This document shows positions 12,676-23,067 of a stretch of DNA of 64,000 bases, piece after piece. The stretch is from the NCBI GenBank assembly GCA_049999805.1, contig JBNGIO010006109.1, positions 1-64,000 on the forward strand, given 5' to 3'. The stretch comes from Folioceros fuciformis (taxonomy: Eukaryota). The translations under genes and the position numbers were made by a program. The notes beneath the pieces were generated by a model. It had not been told where the DNA came from. It made no database searches and saw nothing but the letters and a program-made list of their open reading frames with translations. The stretch's first letter is position 1, and each line of letters opens with the position of its first letter.

Positions 12676-14272
12676 TGACAGCCAAAAGACCGATGCGGGA
12701 CTGCGTGCGCCCTCGCAACTGTGTCCCGGATTAGGGTTCCCTACAGGCTCGCTTTACTTCAAAGTACTATGAAATTACAGTTTGGGGTAACTACTATGCC
12801 TGCGACACACTGCGTTGCCCGGCGGGGAACACGAGGTGGCGACTTAGAGGCAAGTTGCAGCTTGCCTGACCATGGCGCTTGGTTATTCACCACTTTCGCA
12901 AAATCGCAAATGGTTGGAACATATGGACGAGGTTGGTGGCCACATGTGGCCCCTTACCCTCTCTCCTGTCTTATCAAGCTACCAGGCAGGGAACGAGCTA
13001 GGAACTAGAATGCCGTGACCTCCCCGCTTTCGCATTGAGCTATGGAGCCAGTTAGCATTTTCAAGGTTCCTATGCTACACGATTTGCTCTTATCTCTGCT
13101 CCTCTCAGGTTGCTTATTCTGGTTTTCTGCCTCCTTGCCCAGCTGTTTGCAAGGTGTTTCCTCGTGGAGCTCCCCTGCTCTCGTAGCATCGATTTTCGCT
13201 TTGATGTATGTGCTCCGAACGGTTGTGGTGCTTGGGGGCTCTGCGAATTGGTGAATCCGAAGGCCTAGCTGAGGGATTTGGGTTGAGAGCTGGAGACAAA
13301 TGGCTGCTCGGCATACTCCGCGTCGACTCTTTCCGTCCTCCCGTGACTTATCCCGACTTTGAATTTCAAACTTCAGGAACGGGGTTTGAAATTTACCCGT
13401 TTGAAAGGTAGAAGCCATCTCCCCTGGTCTCACGACACGGTGCAGGGCGCGGAGCACTCCACCAGAAATAGGCTCGTCCACTGCGTGCTTACAAGAAGTA
13501 CAAGAAGTACCTCTTTCACAAGAAGTACACTCTAGTCCGCTAGCACACCGACAACCTAGCCCCGTGAAGGTCCTTGTCCACGCAACATATGTAGCTATGC
13601 CCTGCAAGCTCTGTATTGTGAGCATTTGATTACTATGGACTGTCATATTTTGTACTGAAAGGTGGCCATACTTCCAAGGTGGAATGGTTTCTTCTTCCTC
13701 CCGATCGAGTTGGAGTCGAAGCACCTCTATGGCATACCAAACCGGAGAGAGGGTCTGGCAGAAAGCTTTTTGTAAAGAGTGAGTCTGTCCGGTTTGGGCT
13801 TGAGCACGAATGTTGTGCCAAGCTGCAGTGCTCGTGCCATCCCGGCTGAGGCTTGAGTCCTCAGGAGGTGGGAGGAGTATATAAAAGATAAAAGATTGTT
13901 CTGGGAGAAAATATTTAAGAAGTTAAGGCTTTTTATTTTCAATTTAACAAAGCGCTCCCCCGGCACCACGAGCAACGGATTACATACATACGTTGAACCA
14001 TTCGACTAATTCTTCGAAGGACGGATGGCCAGACAACGAACCCCAGACACTAGACTCCTAAGCCTAGCCACGGATTCACACTGCCGACCACAGTAATCAC
14101 GTTCTTGTAACAGCTTGCACTGAAGTGCGCTCCGCTGTTGCAGGGCCAACCCAAACTACATCAAATACAAGTACAACTTCCTTGAACCCGTCGACGCTGT
14201 GAGCAAATCTTCGTTCGTGACGATGAGGAGGGTCTTACATTGCTGGAGAGCTGACAGAAGAAGGTGGGAGTA

Positions 14273-17200
14273 TCACCGTCCTGAGTGAGGTCCAGACACG
14301 TGGTCGATATATGAAGGCATTGCGGAGCTCCCTGAAGAGTCCGAAGCACCAGAAGGGCTCGGCCAGGTTCGTGGCCCTTTGGATGCCAAGCGCGACGCCT
14401 CCCGTAGTTCGCTTACAATAGATCTCATGTCAGGTCTATCCCGGCCGTTCCCCTGGACACAGTTCATGGCAAGGTCAATAACCTTCCAGCATGACTCCTT
14501 TGTACTTTCTTCTCGCAAGGCAGGATCCGGATCCAATATTTCAAACAGGTTGCCAGTGTTCATGGCCAACTTTACCTGTTTCGAGCAGAAGTTTAGAGAC
14601 CTGAGTCAGTCCTTTCGGCACCGCAGCAAACTCTAGCCAAATTAGTGATGGACGAAAACATTATACCCACCCGATCAATAATATAACCCCCCTTCGAACC
14701 ATCCTTTTCTGACGAGAAAGGAGGTTCCCCACTCAGGAGCTGAAGGAGAACGACTCCAAAACTGTAGACATCAGTCTTGACAGTGGGAACACCAGTCCTG
14801 TTATATCTGCACAGGAAGAACGATGGTCAAGAGAGACTCTCATTGCGAACCGAAGGTGGATGAGGTGCAGAAAGAATAGAACCATGGCCTTTGCCTCGTA
14901 CTCAGGGTCTAGATATCCAGGAGTCCCTCTGATCAGCGTAGACTTTTGCCCTAATTCATGTGTCCACTTGGACAGGCCGAAATCAGCAACTCTGGCACGC
15001 ATATGCTTGTCCAGAAGAATGTTGCTGATCTTCACATCTCGATGGATAACGGCTGTACTACATCCGTGATGGAGATACTCTAAACCTGATAGCGTAGGTG
15101 TCCACGGAGTCAGGTTCTCTCATGAGACAAGCATGATCGAATCTTGTTATACCTTCATGTTCCTACCTCGTGCAGAATCCAGAGCAATTTCTACTCTCTG
15201 TTGCCAGCTGAGAACGTTTGAACCCCTTCTTTCAACTGCTTTCCACACCATGTCAGAGTCAGTACTGGCAACACTTTGCTCAGCCAGAAGGTACTTCCAT
15301 GCACTATAACAGATCGGGGTGTGGTGCGCTTACCAAGGAGACGACCTTGCAGATCACCTCCGGGCATGTAGTCATACAGCAAAATAAGCTCGTTTGCTTC
15401 CTGGCAGTACCCAACAAGGGAGACCAGATTTTTGTGATGAAGAGTCGAGAGAAGGTCGATCTGGAAAGATAGAAACCATGGTTCCCAATCATGAGTTGCA
15501 TTCAGTTTCCCACCCCACCCCTCCGTCAATCTTAAAAGAAAAAGTCATAGCAGCATGCTTCCAATTACCTCATTTGCGAACTCCTTGTAACCCTGACAAT
15601 TACCTTGTTCCATCTTCTTCACAGCAACTTCCCTGCCATCGGGCAGTACCCCATAGTAGACCGGACCAAAGCCACCTCTCCCAATTTCCCTCGAGAAGTT
15701 TTGAGTGGCAATATTGAGAGCTTGAAATGAAAAGCATTGAGCTTTTCCTTTCCTGCCAAGGGACAACGGTTTCGCTTGGGCAGGCGCTTCCGATGGTTTC
15801 GCTTGGGCAGGCGCTTCCGATGGTTCATCTGTAAGTACAACCAGGATGGATTCCAGGCATAGCTCCTCTGAGTCACAGGATGCTTACAGCCGTTGCCCCT
15901 GAGGGTGCCACTATACGATGGCAGGTGGAAAATGAGCTCAAAAAATAAATCCACATCAGAATGGTGATCGGGCTAACCTAGCGATCCAGTCTGAGTGGCT
16001 GCACTCCGGCAACAGCAGTGCCAAAGCAGACATGCACCGACTACGAGAAGAAGCAACAGGACACCACCGATTACACCTGCTACAATAGGGATGATATTTG
16101 AGCTCTTGCCCTCAGACGATTTCGGAACCGGAGATGGTGGAGATTGTGGTGGCGATGGTGAAACTGGGCATACGGAGTTATCTTCCGTCACACAAAGAAG
16201 ATCAGGGTTCCCCGCGTACCTGCCAAATGATGAAATGCCACGGCAACGGTCAGTTGTAGTAGCCAAGTGGCCCTCATGAATACAGTGCTACCATTTGTGA
16301 ATTGCAGGACAGCTGAATGCAAAACACGGAACACGAAGAAGCGTGTAAAACCTGAATTGCGACCCAAGGTTACTGATAAGAGAAGCAGGGAATGTTCCAT
16401 TTAGCTGGTTATTGGAAACATCCCTGCAAGATCGGAAACCCATAAGAAAGCCGTGCTGGTCAGAAGTTCCTGGAACTCCATAACACGCTAAAAGTGAGCA
16501 ACACTCTTACAGTGATTGAAGCGGGATGTTCTGTATCCACCGAGGAAAGGGACCTGACAACATGTTGTTTGACACATTCCTGCCAGGAACCCGTAAATCA
16601 AAAGATATTCAATTGTCCTAATTCCAACGCTCTTCGAACTCATCCTCTAGTGAACTGCTCAAGGACCTCCAGCATCCCGACGAACAAAACAGCGCACCGA
16701 GGAGAATCCTTACAAAGAATACAAGTTCTTCAAACCCAAAAGATTAGGAAAAGGTCCTTTGAACGAATTGCTACTCAAGTCACTGCGAAGCGCCAAAAAC
16801 CAGGTGAACCGCAGTACCGTCAGCAAAACGTGACCATCTCTTTGTCTTTGCCGTCATCAACAGCCCAACAAACAGGCTGAAAGCAACTCACAGCGTCTTA
16901 AGTGAGGGCAGGTCTCCAATGGCAGTCGCTGGAATCACACCCGTCAGGTTCTTGCCAGACACATCCCTGCTAGGACATTGGAAGCCGACCGTTGTGTCAC
17001 AAGCTGTGTGAGCAGGAAGTGGGCAAGTGACGTAGACAAACTTACAAGGAAATCACAGTCCTGTTTATGCATTGGAGCTCATCCCAGGGAACGGGCAAGC
17101 AGGGATCCCCTGTCCACTGCATTAGATTGATCCCTGCCTCCTTCATGCTGTTTATGGCTCGAACTGCACACCAGTTGGGTCATTTCTCTGAGCTTGCGGG

Positions 17201-18799
17201 TTCTCCGTACACTTGCAAGGGGAGTCTGGCTGAGAAGCATACCATCGATACTATTGGTGCCGGGGTCGCAGGTCTGAACCTCATACATCTCCTCGGCATT
17301 GACTAACGGGTCCAATGTAGAGTTGACGTCCCGACTGAAAGCAGTGGTCACAAAATTCTGAGACAGAGTTCGATTGCTACTTCCAAACTCGTACGTCGTG
17401 AGTGGGGGTACATCTGCCGTCAGGTTGATCTGGAAATTGGTCCCTGGTTGGTAGTAACTACGTGTTACCGATATCGACCGTCTGCAAATGACATGGCAGA
17501 CCACGCAGGGTGAGCCCCCTTGCAGTCCTGGGCACCGGATATCTTAGCTGCGACAGTTGTGGAACAACAAGACATCGATCAACTGACCTGGCACCCTGTG
17601 GGAGGAATCCATTCAGTTCAGCAAGCATAGTCTCGATGTAATACTCGTTTCCAATCGTTATTCCACCAGAGTATGTGTAGGTGAAAGAGGAAGCTGTGAT
17701 GGCAGTCTGCATCACTGCCACAGCAGGGCGGTCTCTCCCCATGTAGTCATTCTTAATGTCATTTGTGGTTGAAATATCACTCACGGAATCCAGCAGCTGT
17801 GGAAATATTTCCGAATAAGGAATCCAGATGCGGTCGAATAGGTCTTCTGGGTATCTGTAGGCAACATGCAGGCAAACTGTAAGTCCGAAGCATTCCTGTA
17901 GCGGCCGGACTGCACCTAGGACGGGCCCGGGAAGATGCAGAATACCACCTCAAAGTTCGCAACCGCTCCCCAAAGTTGACCCTGTACATAAGGTAGAAAT
18001 TCACATCCCGGCCAAAATCCGGGTTTCCTGTGGGCTCGGAAGTCTGGTACAGGCTCCCGTCCAGGAGCCTCAACTCCAAGGTGTTGATGAAGGGGGTGCT
18101 GCTGGCGTATGTCCTCAACAAGCAGACGCTCAATTGCGTGGATTGCAACGACGGAACGACGGCCTCGAAGAAGACGGGACTGCTGCTTGTACTGTTGATG
18201 GTGACATCCTGCCAGACGGTGCTCTGCACTGCAATCTGCGGGCACCTGCGGATCAGCGATCCAGTCCTACCACCCACCACTGGATGTGGAATCGGGATGC
18301 AGCACAAGTTTCAAGCCTGCCCACCATGAAAAATCGAGGCAGGCAAATGGATAGAAGGGATATGCACCTGAAAGCTGACAGCAGACGACTGCTGAGAATC
18401 GTAGTTACCGTAAAGGAAGCCCGCTCGGACGAGGTACAGAGAGCCCGTCGTCACAGGCAACACGTAACAATTTTTGGCAGGCGTGATTCCTGACGGGAAG
18501 TATCTCAGCGACGCCATCTGCCCCGTCGGCGCGTTGCCCTTGACGACGGAGATGCCGGCCCTCTGGTCCGGCAGCACGGAGGATGTGTCTCCCTGCCATA
18601 TGAGCCCTGTCACAGGGTCTGGATACAAAGTGGCCGGCCCTGCCCCGCAATCCACACTGACAAATCCTGTCCTCTGCGCCCGCACATTCCCCACACACAA
18701 ATGCAACACGATCCCCAGCAGCACCCGCAAGCGCAATGCTGCCCATGCGTTCCTACTTTGGAATTCACACAGTTTCCAAGCAACTCGGGCTTGGCCCAT
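14273..18799 (-). CDS. Malectin-like domain LRR receptor-like kinase (LRR-I type), multi-exon
   Basis: Signal peptide then [41 protein letters not shown]; four single-LRR exons; [56 protein letters not shown]. Confidence 0.94.
15768..15822 (-). repeat. 27-bp tandem duplication in the RLK juxtamembrane region
   Basis: GGTTTCGCTTGGGCAGGCGCTTCCGAT twice (reads PSEAPAQAK x2 on minus). Confidence 0.85.
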
Positions 18800-21158
18800 C
18801 GATCCCGGGCCGCTTCCGCTCCTCACTAGTCGGAAACTTTGGGAACCCAGAAATGCCGGGGGGCAGCTCCCAGTTCAGACCGCTCGGGGCAGGCCTGAGC
18901 GCTGTGCGTGGGATGCAGCCCCATCTGCACATCTATCCTGTGCGGAAATCCGGATAGACGTGGGAGAAGAGGAGGAAATTTAAGAAAGCTTAAAGCTGCC
19001 GCTTCATGTGCGAGATGGGAAAGCCCGACCCAGTCACCAAGGACTAGGACCACTGGGTCCCCCAGGCTGAGGCTTGTTATTGATTGGTGGACCCATTCTG
19101 CAACTTGTGGATGCTTGCTGAAGTCGCTGCCTGTCCATTTAGACAATGGGGCAAGGAGGCCGTACCGCAGTACGTAATCTCTCCACACCTCATGGCTTCA
19201 GCCAAGTCAACCGGACACACATGGGCAAGAACGTACGTGTGTAAGAATTTCGGGGACTAGACATTCTGCACTTGGATCACAGTACATGGGTCCCCGGACT
19301 CCTGGAGGGAAGGATATGCCCTTGCAGCGGGTGACCATCTTCAGTCTACCCTCCCATCTCGACCTCGCGAAGAGATCGGAGGTTAGAACACTGGCAAGTT
19401 GCTCATCCCGATGCTTCATCATCATGACGTGAAGAGGAACTTGTGACCTTCGATTGTCACATGGCAAGCAGGCAGGCGGGCATCGGGGGAACAGATGTTG
19501 CAAATCTGCTCACACTGGTCTATTAAACCCTCCTCTTCGTGAGGCCATCTACCGAGTGGCGTCCCCACAGAGCGACAACTGTCTTCACAGGATCCAGAGC
19601 TTTGTCCAGATTCCTTCCAAATCTCAAAGAGAAACGAACGCCGTGACTAGACAGGAGAGTGAAAGCGAGAAAGATGCAATGGGAGTGCCAGACGGGACAC
19701 AGTAGTTTCAGCTGCCCGCTTACCTACCATCCGAGAATGGACTGGAGCAGGAATGGCTTGTCTGGAAAAGTCCCTTCGGTCACAAGGCATACAGTCTGCA
19801 AGAAGCTAGGACCTGAGAGACTTCGCACACGTTGGTGCATCACACTTCATGACAACTGATCTGGCACGAAGGCACGGCAGCCACCGTTTTCACATTCCCT
19901 CAAGACAAACAAGTTGGTCAGCACAGCCAGCGGTGATGGTGAAGATGCTGTCAAATTGTTGTAGCGAGGGTCACTCCACCATCACAGGGCAACACCAAAC
20001 TTCCGCAGTGCCACAGTGGTTTATGCCCTGGCCGCAAGGGTGAGCGCTAACCTGAATTTGAGACATACAGGCTGGTCAGGAGAGCCTGTTGAGAGCATCA
20101 TGCCGGATACGACTCCTCCCGTTAGATTCCTGCCAGACAAGTTCCCGTAACAATAAAAAGCACTGTAGGGGAAACACCTTTCAAGCACCTTCCACCGAGC
20201 ATACCTCGAGACTGCCGGGACTTCCCCATCTCCTGTGACGTTGCATTAAAGCCCATCACATGAAACAGGAGAACATGGTTCCACGAACCAGTCTTGATGG
20301 CGTACGCGGCCTCCAGATCAGTCAATCTTTGCCATTTATGGCTTGGAATTTACGTTTGTAGGCAAAAGCGCCACCCGGCATCACGGTCAGTATTGCACGG
20401 AATCAGGCTTCTTATCGCCGTTGCAGCTTAAAATACTGGCCCCAACAGAGCTCAACAGCGCTGATGACCGGATGCAGAGCGGAGCTGGCATCCTCTGGTA
20501 GAAACCAGTACAGGTGGAGTACCTCACACCGAGACCTTGGCGAACGCACACTGGTATGCAGTCAGAGGTGGGGCAAGGCTATGTGAGGCAGTGGGGTCGC
20601 TGTTGAGGAAGCTGATACCTGGCTGGCAAGCAACCCGCTGCGCAAACTGGCCACCTGGTGACGGTTTCCTCCTTCCGCTCTCATCCACAGATGCGCAGCG
20701 CCTTTCCAAAAACAGGTCCTAGGAGCACGAAGTCAGGGTACTTACACAGGGATTCGACCCTCGTATACTGGGTGACTGAATTCCGACAAACACACTGAGG
20801 TAAATTTCAGCTTGCCGGATCAAACCGGTGTTGAAACCTCGAGCAGTAATAAACGCTTGTGCTGGACGGTGCAACGGGGGATGAGAGAGGCTGGGGTCAT
20901 CCCGTTCTCCAAAATCTCAATCCCCTCCAGGCCCCAGTGGGTTCTGATCCACTCCTGAACAATAGCTGGGTTTCCACGCTGGCCGAGAGTTGTCGGACTG
21001 CAAAAATGGGCGCACCCGGTTGCAGCTTGCAGCTGCTGCGTGGACGAGGAAGCCAATTGTGGAGATGGCGACGTAGTCCCATCTCAATCATGTACAGGGA
21101 GCGCTGTTTCCGTTGAGATTGAGGGCTCCAGTAGTGTGCACCTGGGGGGCGTGGAACC

Positions 21159-22361
21159 ATGCCCTCATCAAGCTTGGTGCAGGATTCGCAGGCCCGAATT
21201 GAGTATTTGGGGAAGGAGTCGTGCCCGTTGCATGTGGGTGGAAACGCCGGTTCAGATTCTGAAGCCTGGGGCTTGGCGTCCCTTCATGCGGGCTCGCGGG
21301 TGGCACCCATCTCCTTCGCCTCGCTGTCTCTTCTCGGGAACGGGAATTCAAGGAATTCTTTCAAGCCGCGTGGCCCTGCTGTGCACAGATTGTCGGTGTC
21401 GCTGCAGCTCCGGGCATGCATCGGAGCCCTGGCGGGAGGTATAGCGGGGGGAATTACCAACGTGGCCCTCCACCCCATTGACACTGTCAAGACGAAGCTG
21501 CAGACCAAGGGAGCTTCCCAACTCTACTCTGGGCCACTGGACGTGGTTGGGAAGCTGCTCAGGAGCGAGGGAGTCGGTGGGCTGTACAAGGGCGTCAGCG
21601 CCGCCTTCCTGGGCTCCGTTGTCTCCTCCTCCATCTACTTCGGGACGTATGAGATGGGGAAGGGGCTTCTGTCCAACGTCGCGGTCTTCCCACAGTATCT
21701 TATCCCGCCGTTGGCAGCAGCCGTGGGGAACATCACCTCGTCCGCCGTGCTGGTGCCCAAGGAGGTTGTGAAGCAAAGGATGCAGGCCGAGGCTTTGGGA
21801 TCTGTTGCCGAGGTCTTCATGGGGACCATCCGGAGGGAGGGAGTCGGGGGTCTGTATGCCGGCTACTCTGCAGCTCTGCTCCGGAACCTGCCCACCAACA
21901 TCATCAGCTTTTCCACCTTCGAGTTCCTCAAGTACAACCTGTGGCTGGCGGATGGGAAGGTGTCTGCCCTGGAGCCGTGGCAGAGCATGGCCTCTGGAGC
22001 TGTGGCTGGAGCTGTGTCTGCGGCTGTGACAACCCCGCTGGATGTTGTGAAGACCCGCCTCATGACCCAGGCCCGCATCTCGCTATCCTCCTCCGGGCTG
22101 TCAGGCTCGAGAGCAGAGGCTGCTGCTCGTGCCAAAGCCATTGCAGCCTACACCTACTCTGGAGTGAGTGCCACCATGCAACGGATTTGGGTCGAGGAGG
22201 GTGTGAGGGGATTGTTCAAGGGCCTCATTCCCAGGGTTCTACACAGTGCCCTCTTCTCTGCCATAGGCTTTTTCGCTTTTGAGACAACCAAGAGCTTTCT
22301 TCTGGCCAAGCACTTGGAGGGGGTGGCGTGCCAGAAAAAGCAGCTTACCTTGCAGGCTTAG
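21159..22361 (+). CDS. MFL1: Mitochondrial-carrier-family protein, MITOFERRIN-LIKE 1 type (plastid), intronless
   Basis: Three carrier signatures (PIDTVKTK, PKEVVKQR, PLDVVKTR); TKLQTKGASQLYS, GLYAGYSAALLRNLP and LEPWQS match MFL1 as recalled; Ser-rich transit-like N-terminus. Confidence 0.85.
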   Translation: MPSSSLVQDSQARIEYLGKESCPLHVGGNAGSDSEAWGLASLHAGSRVAPISFASLSLLGNGNSRNSFKPRGPAVHRLSVSLQLRACIGALAGGIAGGITNVALHPIDTVKTKLQTKGASQLYSGPLDVVGKLLRSEGVGGLYKGVSAAFLGSVVSSSIYFGTYEMGKGLLSNVAVFPQYLIPPLAAAVGNITSSAVLVPKEVVKQRMQAEALGSVAEVFMGTIRREGVGGLYAGYSAALLRNLPTNIISFSTFEFLKYNLWLADGKVSALEPWQSMASGAVAGAVSAAVTTPLDVVKTRLMTQARISLSSSGLSGSRAEAAARAKAIAAYTYSGVSATMQRIWVEEGVRGLFKGLIPRVLHSALFSAIGFFAFETTKSFLLAKHLEGVACQKKQLTLQA

Positions 22362-22682
22362 TTCTGGCAGCCTCGATTTGATGCCACCCTTTTTGTCTGC
22401 CATGAGACCACCACATAGACTCAGTCCTTCTCACCACTAAGCTCTTACCTTGAACAGCGATACGGCGTCGACGAATGCGAACTCCGCTCGCTGTTGAGGT
22501 GAAATACACTGGTGAGTGGGCTTGTTTTGTTGGTGATGCTTGGAAAGAGTCAGCCATCTGGTGCACCAGTCTAATCAGAAGCTTGCTGTGCATTTATGCT
22601 CGAAGAAGGAATCAACGCATCGGGGAAGCAGTAGATATCTACCACCTCGGGGGGATGAACGCATCATAATGAGGTTGAGAAT

Positions 22683-22855
22683 GTCCTGGACAGTTCTCCC
22701 TGGAAGTAGGATCGTACCGTGTCCTGGAGAGTTCTCTCTGGAAGTAGGATCGTACCGTGTCCTGGAGAGTTCTCTCTGGAAGTANNNNNNNNNNCTGGAA
22801 GTAGGATCGTACCGTGTCCTGGAGAGTTCTCTCTGGAAGTAGGATCGTACCGTGT
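22683..22855. repeat. 38-bp tandem repeat, at least 4 copies, containing a 10-N gap
   Basis: GTCCTGGAGAGTTCTCTCTGGAAGTAGGATCGTACCGT at 22683 (2 mismatches), 22721, 22759 and again after the gap. Confidence 0.92.
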
Positions 22856-23067
22856 GATTAGGTTGCAACACAGTCACGAGAGTTTGATCATTTCCTTGCC
22901 AGAAGTCTTGTGCCCTAGGGCAATTGGGATGATTACGCCACCACGTCTTACGCTCCTGCTAACGCTCCTAGCTTCTGGATACAAAACGGTGAAACCAAGC
23001 CTTGCACACACACGTCGCATACGTGGCTGCCGACGTTCCCCGGCCCCGGGTCCCTTCGTACACAGAG

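Noticed and set aside
12731..12739. Telo-box upstream of DOHH
   Set aside because: Single imperfect copy (GAACCCTAA); not distinguishable from chance.
13005..13724. 239-aa ORF as a gene
   Set aside because: No recognisable motif, non-ATG start, lies in repeat-like sequence.
13811..13949. Solo LTR (TG...CA with TATA)
   Set aside because: No target-site duplication (ACGAA versus AAGCG) and no PBS or PPT support.
22683..22855. CRISPR-like 38-bp repeats
   Set aside because: Units are contiguous with no unique spacers, no cas genes, and the context is eukaryotic.
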